Assembly (NCBI GenBank): GCA_965203275.1
Contig: OZ241865.1
Span: 1,344,001-1,408,000 of the forward strand
Direction: 5' to 3'
Source of the DNA: Bdellovibrionales bacterium
Lineage (GTDB): Bacteria; Bdellovibrionota; Bdellovibrionia; Bdellovibrionales; JAUICD01
Length of the DNA stretch: 64,000 nucleotides
Below are positions 9,627 to 19,591 of the stretch, piece after piece (the first letter of the stretch is position 1; each line of letters begins with the position of its first letter). Under the pieces are notes generated by a model. That model made no database searches. It was not told where the DNA came from and saw only the letters and a list, made by a program, of their open reading frames with translations. A program made the position numbers and the translations under genes.

Positions 9627-10955
9627 ATGAAATCAGTAAATAAAAAAAGCTCAAATAGTTTATCAGTTACTGTTTTAATTCTTACTCTCACTGCCATGAT
9701 GATTGGATTTCAAAATTGCCGAGAACCCCTTATTGTCAGAGAAAACAAATCTCAAAGAACGGAGCCTAGTCCTGTTCCTAGAATATCTCCACTTGTTGAC
9801 AGTAGCGATCTTACTCTTAGAACTCCTACCTCGATAGGTCAAATTGTAGCTCATTGTCAACAAGATATTAATTACAATGCCTGTATTTACAAGAAAAACC
9901 CTGTGGCTCAAAAAGCAGGTAGTATTAGCAACTTAGACAACCCCGCAGCAGTATTACAACAACTTATTTCATTACAGACTTATGCTGTCAATATAACAGG
10001 CACACTTGAAGGGCTTCTGAAAAACAAGCATTTTGATATAAAAGTGGATTCTGCTTATACAAGAGCAAGGCTTTCGGGTGGTAAGTGGACTACAAATATT
10101 TCCCATCGTGATTTATCAGTGGAACAAGCTATGGCTTATTATTGGCTAATGTATCAGAAAGAATGGATGGAGCTTAATGCTAGAACTTGGCATGCTACCA
10201 ATAAAAAAGTAAATGTTGAAATCAGTGACGGTGTAGCTCCTACATTATTTTGTGCTTATTGGAGCATGTCGGAAAATAAAATACATTTTTGTGGGATTCA
10301 AGCGGCTTTAAGTGGAGAGATTATTGTACATGAAGCAGGTCATGCAAATTTCCATCATTCTAACAATCAACGCGTTCCGACAAATCTCTGTGATACTCAT
10401 GTCAAATGTTCCAATCGGCAATCTTTATGCTCTCTTTCTGAGGAAGATTTAAACGATCCTAATTTACATCAATGTTGCCTTTCTGAAAAAGGATGTTTAT
10501 TTGCTATCAATGAAGGGCAAGCAGATTTTCATGCATCTCTGTTGTTTTCAGATCAAACTCAAATAGGAGAATTTGTTGTTAATAAGCTGGAAGGCATTGG
10601 AAGTTGTGCTTCCAGTACTAGCCCTTTAAGGGACCCTCAGGCTAATAAAAGTCTCACAGTAAGTAAGGCATTTAATAGTTGCGAAAACCATCTCAATGGA
10701 AAGGGGGAAATCCATGTTATGGGCATACTTTATAATAGTATATGGTGGGAAATTTATAATCATCCCGATGTCAATAAAAAAGAGATTGTTATTTTATTTT
10801 CGGAACACTTACCGCTCTTGACTTACAGAGACAATTTTGAAACGGCTGGGCGTAAAATTATTAATTTAGCTAGGCAGTTATATAGAGGTGATAAAGGCCA
10901 AAACTATGCTAATATTATTAGGCAAGAATTTACTCGCAGAGGACTTAATTTATAA
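9627..10955 (+). CDS. Lipoprotein zinc metallopeptidase (M4/M36-like gluzincin)
   Basis: GFQNC lipobox; HEAGH (HExxH), downstream NEGQADF third ligand, GEIH motif. Confidence 0.75.
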   Translation: MKSVNKKSSNSLSVTVLILTLTAMMIGFQNCREPLIVRENKSQRTEPSPVPRISPLVDSSDLTLRTPTSIGQIVAHCQQDINYNACIYKKNPVAQKAGSISNLDNPAAVLQQLISLQTYAVNITGTLEGLLKNKHFDIKVDSAYTRARLSGGKWTTNISHRDLSVEQAMAYYWLMYQKEWMELNARTWHATNKKVNVEISDGVAPTLFCAYWSMSENKIHFCGIQAALSGEIIVHEAGHANFHHSNNQRVPTNLCDTHVKCSNRQSLCSLSEEDLNDPNLHQCCLSEKGCLFAINEGQADFHASLLFSDQTQIGEFVVNKLEGIGSCASSTSPLRDPQANKSLTVSKAFNSCENHLNGKGEIHVMGILYNSIWWEIYNHPDVNKKEIVILFSEHLPLLTYRDNFETAGRKIINLARQLYRGDKGQNYANIIRQEFTRRGLNL

Positions 10956-10967
10956 AAGCCTGTTGCT

Positions 10968-11057
10968 TTTTGTCAAAGGCGAAAGCCTTTGCGGTCATTG
11001 TCCAAAAGTGACCAGAGGTCAGTTTACTTTTAGTGAAATGGACCACTTTTAGTGAAA
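10968..11057 (-). repeat. Partial module A with a stacked 5' fragment
   Basis: Reverse: TTTCACTAAAAGTGGTCCA|TTTCACTAAAAGTAAAC-TGACCTCTGGTCA-CTTTTGGACAATGACC-GCAAAGGCTTTCGCCTTTG. Confidence 0.85.
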
Positions 11058-11074
11058 AGGACTAAAGGACTATT

Positions 11075-11524
11075 ATGAAAAAAATACTATTAAAGGTTAA
11101 ATGTTTACCACATTATTCTGGAGCAATGCCTCATTATGAAAGCTCTATGGCAAGTGGCTTTGATGTAAGAGCTTGTCTTAAAGCAAGCATGACCATTCAG
11201 CCTGGTCAAAGAGTATTGATTCCTACAGGATTGAGTTTTGAAGTGGCTTCAGGTTATGAAATTCAAGTTCGTCCTCGCAGTGGGCTAGCCCTTAAAAAAG
11301 GAATAACCTTATTAAACTCACCAGGAACCATTGATGCAGACTATAGAGGAGAAGTTAAAATTATTGTTATTCATCATGGGCAGGAACCCGTTGTCATTCA
11401 TAATCAAGATCGTATAGCCCAGCTTGTGCTATGTCCTATTGTGCAGGCTGAATTTCAATTTGTTTCTCATCTCAGCACTACTCAAAGAGGTGAAGGAGGT
11501 TTTGGATCAACGGGTATAAAATAA
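11075..11524 (+). CDS. dut: dUTP diphosphatase
   Basis: SGFD, PRSGLA, NSPGTIDADYRGE, DRIAQLV, RGEGGFGSTG. Confidence 0.98.
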   Translation: MKKILLKVKCLPHYSGAMPHYESSMASGFDVRACLKASMTIQPGQRVLIPTGLSFEVASGYEIQVRPRSGLALKKGITLLNSPGTIDADYRGEVKIIVIHHGQEPVVIHNQDRIAQLVLCPIVQAEFQFVSHLSTTQRGEGGFGSTGIK

Positions 11525-11673
11525 AATATCTTAATGAAATTTCTAACTAAAATTTCTAACTAACAAAACATGTTAAATTATTAATTTTCAAATCCTTCTT
11601 GCTCATTATTGGCCCAAGGCCACAGTATAAATCACAAGTCGGGTCAATCTCTGGTAGGTTTTCAGAAAAGATA

Positions 11674-11868
11674 TTAAATATGATCTATAGGGATATCACG
11701 ATTTAAGATGGTTTTCCGTCTATCTGCTTTAGCATTTTGTATGCCTCTTTTACAAAGAATTTCAACAGCATGAGAAAGCTGGTCTATGCTTTTGCTTGAT
11801 GCATGCAAATCAGCTGTCTCCTTAACATATTTTTTAACTTTGCTTATTATAACAAATCCTGCCATCAT
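11674..11868 (-). CDS. Bacterial histone, Bd0055/HBb-like
   Basis: 64 aa; ..SKVKKYVKE...S...ID.LS.A.E.LC..G...AKAD.RKT...RDI.IDH closely matches my recollection of B. bacteriovorus Bd0055; RKT..RD histone-fold signature; GAGGAG RBS. Confidence 0.9.
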   Translation of the reverse strand: MMAGFVIISKVKKYVKETADLHASSKSIDQLSHAVEILCKRGIQNAKADRRKTILNRDIPIDHI

Positions 11869-11976
11869 TTATCTCCTCTTCCTTCTGTTAAAGCCATACA
11901 CTATAATTATAACATCATAAAATGGACTTTTAGAAAAGTCATAATAAAGAGATATTTGATTTGTCTGGTCTTTAGT

Positions 11977-12681
11977 TTAAAAAGTGGTGTGCATACGTTC
12001 ATGATCTTTAGCAAAGCGATCTATCCCTATGTCCGTCAAAGGGTGTTCTACAAGCTGTTTCATTACTTTAAATGGCATGGTCACAACATCAGCAGCTAAT
12101 AACCCTGCTTCTAAGATATGCAATGGATGACGAGTACTAGCTACCAGTATTTTTGTTTTAAATTGATAATTCATAAAAAGAGTATGAATTTGTGAGACTA
12201 TATCCATACCTTTTGTAGAAATGTCATCTAGCCTCCCTACAAATGGGGAAACAAAAGTTGCTCCTGCTTTAGCACACATCAAAGCTTGAAGAGGATGAAA
12301 TATCAAAGTCATATTGGTCCCTATATTTTTCTGAGATAAGGCACGAGTGGCTTTGAGTCCTTCTATTGTCATAGGAATTTTGATCACGATATTGTCTTTT
12401 TTGTATTTGTTCATAATGGAAGTGCCTTCTGCAATCATATCCTCTGCTGTTTTAATTTGTGTGACTTCTATGCTGACAGGTCCTTTGACTGTGTCTGTGA
12501 TTCCATTGATTAATTGATCTTTAAACTCTTGGATATCTACATTAGAAGATGACTTCTGTGATTTGTATTTTTCAAATTGCTTGGCAATCAATGAAGGGTT
12601 TGTAGTGACACCATCCACCCATCCACATTTATAAGCCTCTTTGATTTCATCTATGTTAGCTGTATCAATAAAAAATTCCAT
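11977..12681 (-). CDS. tal: Transaldolase / fructose-6-phosphate aldolase family
   Basis: FFIDTA, GVTTNPSL, IVIKIPMT, AKAGATFVSPFVGRLDD. Confidence 0.93.
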   Translation of the reverse strand: MEFFIDTANIDEIKEAYKCGWVDGVTTNPSLIAKQFEKYKSQKSSSNVDIQEFKDQLINGITDTVKGPVSIEVTQIKTAEDMIAEGTSIMNKYKKDNIVIKIPMTIEGLKATRALSQKNIGTNMTLIFHPLQALMCAKAGATFVSPFVGRLDDISTKGMDIVSQIHTLFMNYQFKTKILVASTRHPLHILEAGLLAADVVTMPFKVMKQLVEHPLTDIGIDRFAKDHERMHTTF

Positions 12682-12983
12682 AAAAAATCCCCTTGTTTCA
12701 AAAAGAGCTTAATTAGAATTTTATGACTAGATGATATTCATTTTTTGGTAAGCTCCCTAGCTTTATAAAAGTTTTAGACTTCAATCAATATCTTTTTAAA
12801 AATAACTCGCCGTCCTCTGACAGCTTGTGTCAACTTTATAAAAAGCTAGCCATCATCATTTAAGTCAAAACTTAAGTTTTAAGAAGATATAAAAAGACAG
12901 GGTACTTGATTTTCAAAAGATAATTTCTATAACTCTAATATTTATTTATCAAAAGAAACTTTAATGAACACAAATGATTAAAG

Positions 12984-14048
12984 TTATAAAGCATACATCA
13001 GACCAGCTTTTGCTCCAAAAAAGTGAGCTAAAACAGTACTTGAAGAGGAAATAGAAAAATTATAATCTATTTGTAGAGGTAAGTAAACTTTAGAGGTTAA
13101 GCTGATATTTGCACCAAGAGCAGCAGAGACACTTCCCATATTTTTCACTTCTTTTAAAGAATAATTGGTTCTTGTTTTCAAAACAAAATTAATACTTCCT
13201 CCTATTCCTATCCATGTCTGCATCATTTCGCTACCAGCTCCCATATAATATTGTAACTGTAAGCCAACAGTAAAAAGATCTAAAGTCAACTGACAATCTC
13301 TTTCTGATATTGAATCATAACACTCCATATAATCTGTATAAGCTCTTTGACTGTCTTTAGACGCAGCATGGAATCTCTGCAACCCTGTTAAAACACGTAT
13401 CCCTAAAATATCTGAAAAGTCATAATCCATAGCTACTAAGGCATCAAATCCCAAACCACTTGTAAGGATGTTTTTTCTTTCAGGTGTAGGTCCATTCGGA
13501 GAGCTATTAGGTAATTTAAGTGTTAAAATATTATAACTCATACCCCCTAAAAGCCCTATAGCAAAAGATTTGCTTGATGTAAGATATTCTTCATTATCAT
13601 ACTCTCCTGCTCCACTTGAGGGAGGGGGAGGACTACTATTGATGAGACCGTCATTCACATCATTTATATCATCGCTATAATCATCATCTTCTCCTGTTAT
13701 ATCATCATAATCATCTTCATCTTCATCTTCACCTTCATAATAATCTCCATCAGAAGCAAGTGTCCTTATAACAGGGTCTCGAGATGGGGACACTGTATCA
13801 CCTTCAAATACACGTCCTTTCATAATTTCGACCATGATATAAGCCTCTTTCACTTTAGTGACCTTCACTTCAGCTTTTTTTGACCTTCCTGAGTGGACGA
13901 TCAAGGTGTCTCCTGATGAAACACTCATACCATCTAATCGAACAATAGCTTTTTTACCTTTGGTTTTGAAAACTTCTGCTGCAAAAGTAACTTGAGAGGA
14001 GAGGGGAATAATTAAAATAAAAAACAAATATTTTATACAATTTGTCAT
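12984..14048 (-). CDS. Secreted protein with acidic linker and C-terminal outer-membrane beta-barrel-like domain
   Basis: Signal peptide, D/E-rich linker, alternating beta-strand pattern ending GAKAGLMYAL. Confidence 0.6.
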   Translation of the reverse strand: MTNCIKYLFFILIIPLSSQVTFAAEVFKTKGKKAIVRLDGMSVSSGDTLIVHSGRSKKAEVKVTKVKEAYIMVEIMKGRVFEGDTVSPSRDPVIRTLASDGDYYEGEDEDEDDYDDITGEDDDYSDDINDVNDGLINSSPPPPSSGAGEYDNEEYLTSSKSFAIGLLGGMSYNILTLKLPNSSPNGPTPERKNILTSGLGFDALVAMDYDFSDILGIRVLTGLQRFHAASKDSQRAYTDYMECYDSISERDCQLTLDLFTVGLQLQYYMGAGSEMMQTWIGIGGSINFVLKTRTNYSLKEVKNMGSVSAALGANISLTSKVYLPLQIDYNFSISSSSTVLAHFFGAKAGLMYAL

Positions 14049-14322
14049 TATATCTCTTTAAATTTTACTTGTTTGTGATAAATTATTATAATAATATACT
14101 TTATTTTATTAGAAGGTGAATGGTGCAAAGATACAAGAAAAATGCTATGATTAGCCTTAAGATTAAAACGAAAGAAGTAAGACTTTAGTTTTTCTAAAGT
14201 CTTTCGTCCGGTAAAACCGATAACTATAATAACTGAAAGAAAGAAAACATTTAAATTTGCTATAGATTTGCAATAAATGTATCAATATGATACTTTAAGG
14301 TTTTGATGAAAAGGAGAAAACA

Positions 14323-16443
14323 ATGGACCAAAATCAAATAGAAGAATTAAAAAAAGTCAGGAACATTGGCATTTCTGCCCATATTGATTCTGGGAAGACA
14401 ACATTAACAGAACGCATTTTATTTTATACAGGACGTATCCATGCGATCCATGAGGTAAGAGGTAAAGATGGAGTAGGTGCTAAAATGGACTCTATGGATT
14501 TAGAGCGAGAGAAGGGTATTACCATCCAATCAGCTGCCACCTTTTGTCAGTGGAAAGATACCAACATTAATATCATTGATACCCCCGGGCATGTGGACTT
14601 TACTGTAGAAGTTGAGAGAGCCTTGCGGGTGTTAGATGGAGCTATTTTGATTCTTTCCGGTGTGGAAGGAGTTCAGTCACAATCCATCACAGTGGATAGA
14701 CAGATGAGGCGTTATGATGTCCCTCGCTTAGCCTTTATCAACAAACTAGACCGCACAGGTGCTAATCCAACTCGTGTTTTAGAGCAACTTCATGAAAAGC
14801 TTCGCCTTAATGCTCACTTTATTCAATTGCCTATAGGCTTAGAAGATCAACATAAAGGTATTATTGATCTTGTGGAAATGAAGCAAATAGAGTTTTTAGG
14901 TGAAAATGGAGAGGATATTAAAATCACAGATATTCCTGAAGATCGCTTAGAAGAGGCTAAAGTAGCAAGGCATGATCTGATTGGTGTTGTAGCCGATTTT
15001 GATGAGATCGTAGGGGAAAAGTTTTTAATGGAAGAAGACGTCACAGCAGAGGAACTTAAAGTGGCTATCCGAGCAGGTGTTTTAAGTCTAAAGTTTATCC
15101 CTGTACTGATGGGAAGTGCTTTTAAAAATAAAGGAGTTCAAACACTTTTAGACGCGGTGACTGATTATTTACCTAACCCTACAGAAGTGACAAATGAAGC
15201 TCTTGACCTAGACAAAAGTGAGGAAAAGTTTACAATTCAAGTCGATGCAGGTAAACCTTTGTTGATGTTGGCTTTTAAGCTAGAAGATGGTCGGTATGGA
15301 CAGCTAACCTATATGCGTATTTATCAGGGTTGTATTCAAAAAGGTGATACGATTATCAACACTACGACAGGTAAAAAGATCAAGGTCCCTCGTCTTGTAC
15401 GTATGCACTCTAATGAGATGGAAGATATCAATACAGCAAGTGCAGGTGATATTATTGCCATGTTTGGAGTAGATTGTGCTTCTGGTGATACTTTTACTGA
15501 TGGGAAACTCAATGCAGCTATGACCTCTATGCATGTGCCGGATCCTGTTATTTCTCTTTCTATTGCTCCTAATGATAAAGCCCTTGCTTCTAATTTTTCT
15601 AAAGCTCTTAATAAGTTTACAAAAGAAGACCCCACTTTTCGTGTGCATCGAGATGAGGAATCAGGACAAACAATTATTTCCGGGATGGGTGAACTTCATT
15701 TAGATATTTATGTGGAGCGTATGAAAAGGGAGTTTCGTGTAGACTGCACTATGGGTAAACCACAGGTAGCTTTTCGAGAGACCATTACCTCTCATATTGA
15801 TTTTGTACAAGTTCATAAAAAGCAAACAGGAGGTGCAGGACAGTTTGCTAAGATGGGTGGTTATATAGAACCTATTGAGCAGGACCCTGAAACTGGTGAA
15901 TACAAACATTATGAATTCATTAATAAAATTGTAGGAGGATCTATCCCTAAAGAATATATTCCTGCCTGTGATAAAGGTTTTCAACAGCAACTTGAAAAGG
16001 GTGTTTTGATAGGGTTTCCAATGATTGGCATACGTATTGAATTAAATGATGGAGATTTTCATTCTGTGGATTCCAGTGAAATGGCTTTTAAAATTTGTGC
16101 AATGACTACTATCCGAGAACACATCCCTCAGGCCCATCCTGTGATCTTAGAACCTATTATGAAAGTAGAAGTCTCTGCTCCTGATGAATTTCAAGGTTCT
16201 GTGATTGGACAGCTGAATCAACGGCGTGGACAGATCACAGGGACTCAAACTGTAGAAGGTTATGTGACTGTAGAATCTCTTGTCCCCTTGACAGAAATGT
16301 TTGGTTATTCTACTGATTTGAGATCAGCTACTCAAGGGAAAGGAGAGTTTACAATGGAATTTGCAGAATACAAAGCCGTCCCTCGTAGTATACAAGAGCA
16401 GTTAATAGAAGAACATAGAAAAAAGCTTAAAGAAAGTGCTTAA
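14323..16443 (+). CDS. fusA: Elongation factor G
   Basis: [42 protein letters not shown]. Confidence 0.98.
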   Translation: MDQNQIEELKKVRNIGISAHIDSGKTTLTERILFYTGRIHAIHEVRGKDGVGAKMDSMDLEREKGITIQSAATFCQWKDTNINIIDTPGHVDFTVEVERALRVLDGAILILSGVEGVQSQSITVDRQMRRYDVPRLAFINKLDRTGANPTRVLEQLHEKLRLNAHFIQLPIGLEDQHKGIIDLVEMKQIEFLGENGEDIKITDIPEDRLEEAKVARHDLIGVVADFDEIVGEKFLMEEDVTAEELKVAIRAGVLSLKFIPVLMGSAFKNKGVQTLLDAVTDYLPNPTEVTNEALDLDKSEEKFTIQVDAGKPLLMLAFKLEDGRYGQLTYMRIYQGCIQKGDTIINTTTGKKIKVPRLVRMHSNEMEDINTASAGDIIAMFGVDCASGDTFTDGKLNAAMTSMHVPDPVISLSIAPNDKALASNFSKALNKFTKEDPTFRVHRDEESGQTIISGMGELHLDIYVERMKREFRVDCTMGKPQVAFRETITSHIDFVQVHKKQTGGAGQFAKMGGYIEPIEQDPETGEYKHYEFINKIVGGSIPKEYIPACDKGFQQQLEKGVLIGFPMIGIRIELNDGDFHSVDSSEMAFKICAMTTIREHIPQAHPVILEPIMKVEVSAPDEFQGSVIGQLNQRRGQITGTQTVEGYVTVESLVPLTEMFGYSTDLRSATQGKGEFTMEFAEYKAVPRSIQEQLIEEHRKKLKESA

Positions 16444-16500
16444 GTTTTTAAGATGGAGTGAAGAATAATTAAATTAATTAAGGAGAGAGTTTAAGGCTAT

Positions 16501-17628
16501 ATGGGCCTGTTGGTTTTTTATTTTCTTTGTGTTTTAGCGATTTCTTTTGTTTGTTCTCTTTTAGAGTCTGTGATTTTATCAGTCAATGATTCTTTTATCG
16601 CTGGACTACAAAATAAAAAGACTCAAGCAGGTCATGTACTGCATACTCTTAAAAAAGATATTGACCGCCCCTTAGCAGCTATCTTAACTTTAAACACAGT
16701 TTCGAACACATTTGGAGCAGCCTTAATTAGTGCTACTGTGATGCATATTTATGGTAGTGAATTTGTAGCTATTGCCTCTGGCGTTCTCACATTGTCTATT
16801 TTGATATTTTCAGAGATTATTCCTAAAACTATTGGAGCTTTGTATTGGAGAAGAATAGCCTATCCAGCTGCTTATAGCATCAAATTTTTAATTATTTTAC
16901 TTTATCCTATTGTGAGAATGTGTGAGTTGATAGCTGATTTGATCACTTATGGAAGAAAACGCCCTCCTCTTTTTACAAGGGATGAACTCATTGCAACCGC
17001 AGAAATCAGTCAAGAAGAAGGTTTTATCCAATATCGAGAACGTGATGTGATTAAAAACTTATTGCATTTAGATAAAATTTTTGTAAAGGATGTGATGACT
17101 CCTCTGTCTGTGATTGTAGGACTTTCAGCAGATTCTTCTGTAGGTCAAATTGTGAAAAAGTATCCTTCTATTCCTTTTTCTCGTATTCCTATTTATAAAA
17201 AAGACATGCGTGATATTATGGGTGTGGTTTTACGTTATGAGCTTTTAGAAATGTATGCTCAGGCAGGGACAAGAAATACCTTATTAGGGGATATAGCTCT
17301 TTCTGTACATAAGGTGCCGGAGACACAATCAATAGGTACAACATTAAATGAGTTTCTCAAAGAGAAAGAACATATTTTCATAGCAGTGGATCACAAAGGT
17401 CAAACTATGGGATTAATTACATTAGAGGATGCTCTTGAGACACTATTGGGAGTAGAAATTATGGATGAGTTTGATTCTGTAGAAGATATGAGGAAGTTTG
17501 CTTTGGAACAATCTCAGAAACGTCATCATAAAAGAAGCACATCTCATTCTGTGCGATCTCTTATTCAAGAAATTTCTCGTATGAAAGATAATTCTTCATC
17601 TCATTTTACAGGTCAAGCGAACGAATAA
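16501..17628 (+). CDS. CNNM/DUF21-CBS domain membrane protein
   Basis: ISFVCSLLES, PLAAILTLNT, LIFSEIIPKTIG, tandem CBS domains, ITLED.LE.LLG.EI.DE.D. Confidence 0.88.
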   Translation: MGLLVFYFLCVLAISFVCSLLESVILSVNDSFIAGLQNKKTQAGHVLHTLKKDIDRPLAAILTLNTVSNTFGAALISATVMHIYGSEFVAIASGVLTLSILIFSEIIPKTIGALYWRRIAYPAAYSIKFLIILLYPIVRMCELIADLITYGRKRPPLFTRDELIATAEISQEEGFIQYRERDVIKNLLHLDKIFVKDVMTPLSVIVGLSADSSVGQIVKKYPSIPFSRIPIYKKDMRDIMGVVLRYELLEMYAQAGTRNTLLGDIALSVHKVPETQSIGTTLNEFLKEKEHIFIAVDHKGQTMGLITLEDALETLLGVEIMDEFDSVEDMRKFALEQSQKRHHKRSTSHSVRSLIQEISRMKDNSSSHFTGQANE

Positions 17629-17798
17629 TCTATTCATTCAGTTATAAAAGAAATCTTTATAAAGTTTTCAAAAAGAGGTTTTTAAGGGTGTAAATTGGTT
17701 AGATTGCTTAAAAACAGCTAGGGATTAGGTAACTTTTATGCCATTTAAGTGAAAAAAACCTTGTCAACACTTAAAATTATTGTTATGGATATTTAAAG

Positions 17799-17822
17799 GT
17801 GGGTGAATAGCCCACTTTTTTT
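17799..17822 (+). promoter_or_regulatory. GTGGG...CCCAC-T-tract leader hairpin upstream of nusA (rimP-leader/attenuator-like)
   Basis: GTGGGTGAATAGCCCACTTTTTTT ~55 nt upstream of nusA. Confidence 0.55.
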
Positions 17823-17874
17823 GTAAAGTTTTATCAAATAAAAATTCAACCTATATTAAAAAGGAGCGTTTACA

Positions 17875-19533
17875 ATGAGTGGAGAATTTTCTAGTTCTGG
17901 TATAGAAAAATTAATAGAAACTATTGTCAGAGATAAGGGAGTTGCACGGCAAGTAGTTGTAGATGCTATTGTGCAAGGTATGCTTTCAGCAGCTCGCAAA
18001 AAATATGGTACTTATAGAGAGATTGAAGCTAGCTATAACAAAGAATCAGGTGAGCTAGAACTTCATGAATTTAAAGAGGTGGTTGATCCCAAAGACTTTA
18101 TAGATGAAGAAGTTGAAATTAAGCAAGATGAAGCAAAAACCTTAGACCCTGACTGTAAAATTGGCGACTATATTGGACTTAAACTAGATTCGTCTGATTT
18201 GGGACGAATAGCTGTTCAAACAGCTAAACAAATTGTCGTGCAGAAAGTGCGTGATGCGGAGCATGAGATTATTTTTCAGGAATTTGAAAAGCGTAAAGGA
18301 GAAATTGCTTCTGGAATTGTCAGAAGAGTAGAACACAGAACCATTGTTGTGGATTTAGGACGAACAGAAGCTTATTTACCTCAAAATGAGCAAATCCCTG
18401 GAGAGCGATATAAGCAAGGAGATCGTGTCCAAGGTTATATTTTAGATGTCAAACAGACAAACCGTGGACCTCAAATCATTATGTCCCGAGCCCATGAAAA
18501 TTATATGGTCAAATTATTTGAAATAGAAGTTCCTGAGATTCATGACGGCATTGTCAAAATCCTAGCAGCAGCTAGAGAGCCTGGCTCTCGTGCTAAAATT
18601 GCTGTATTATCTAAAGATAGTCTTGTGGATCCTGTAGGAACATGCGTTGGAATGAAAGGCAGTCGTGTACAAAATGTTGTACAAGAGCTAAAAGGGGAAA
18701 AAATTGATATTGTTCCTTTTGAAGAAGACATTATTCGTTTTGCTTGTAACGCTATTAAACCTTCTGAAGTGACTAAAATTTTTATTAATGAGACAGATAA
18801 AGAAATGGAAGTTGTCGTTCCAGATTCACAGCTGAGCCTTGCTATAGGCAAAAAAGGTCAAAATGTGCGTTTAGCAACTCAACTGATCAAATGGCATATT
18901 AAAATTATCTCTGAATCTGAAATAGCTAAAAGACAGGCTGAAGCTATTTTTAACCTCTCACTTTTAGAGGGCATTTCTGATACGATGGCTCAAAATATTT
19001 ATCAGAGTCGTTTTAATAGTATTGCTGACTTAGCTAATGCTTCTGTAGAAGAAGTTAAAATAATTCCTGGCTATGAAGACAAAGAGAAAGCTTTAAAATT
19101 AATCAATGACTCAAAGGCCTTTCTCCAAAAATACAAAGACGAAGGTAAAGAAATGCCTACTTTAGCAAATACACAAAAAGGCAAAACAAAAAAGGATGCA
19201 TCACCTACCAAGGCTTCTGATCTTCCTCAAAAAACAAATGAAGCCTCGACCACAAAAGTAACGCCTGCTCCTCAAGAAAAATCTCAAACAAAAAAATCTA
19301 AGTTAGAAGAAGGGACTTTAGAAGAAGAACAAAAACCTACTTCTTCACCCAAAGACAAAGATATTATTTTAGAAAAAAGTCCAAAAGAAAAAGAAACAGA
19401 AATTGCAAAAGAAGAATCTGATGTTCAAGCACAAGCAGAGCAGAGGCTCAAAGAAGAATTATCTCAAATGCAATCTTCTGATTCTAAAAATAAGGATAAA
19501 CAAATAAAGGAAGAACTTGTAAATAAGGGTTAA
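17875..19533 (+). CDS. nusA: Transcription termination/antitermination factor NusA with low-complexity C-terminal tail
   Basis: GRIAVQTAKQ, AREPGSRAKIAV, VGMKGSRV, LSLAIGKKGQNVRLA. Confidence 0.97.
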   Translation: MSGEFSSSGIEKLIETIVRDKGVARQVVVDAIVQGMLSAARKKYGTYREIEASYNKESGELELHEFKEVVDPKDFIDEEVEIKQDEAKTLDPDCKIGDYIGLKLDSSDLGRIAVQTAKQIVVQKVRDAEHEIIFQEFEKRKGEIASGIVRRVEHRTIVVDLGRTEAYLPQNEQIPGERYKQGDRVQGYILDVKQTNRGPQIIMSRAHENYMVKLFEIEVPEIHDGIVKILAAAREPGSRAKIAVLSKDSLVDPVGTCVGMKGSRVQNVVQELKGEKIDIVPFEEDIIRFACNAIKPSEVTKIFINETDKEMEVVVPDSQLSLAIGKKGQNVRLATQLIKWHIKIISESEIAKRQAEAIFNLSLLEGISDTMAQNIYQSRFNSIADLANASVEEVKIIPGYEDKEKALKLINDSKAFLQKYKDEGKEMPTLANTQKGKTKKDASPTKASDLPQKTNEASTTKVTPAPQEKSQTKKSKLEEGTLEEEQKPTSSPKDKDIILEKSPKEKETEIAKEESDVQAQAEQRLKEELSQMQSSDSKNKDKQIKEELVNKG

Positions 19534-19591
19534 GGATTATTTATATATGTCATACAGTGGAAATTTGATTAGTAAAAGTAAAGGATAGGGG

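Noticed and set aside
14847..15990. Antisense and alternate-frame ORFs within fusA (and similar ones in purA, nusA, infB, carB, cusB and the Cys-rich genes)
   Set aside because: Shadow ORFs of well-supported genes with no recognisable motifs.
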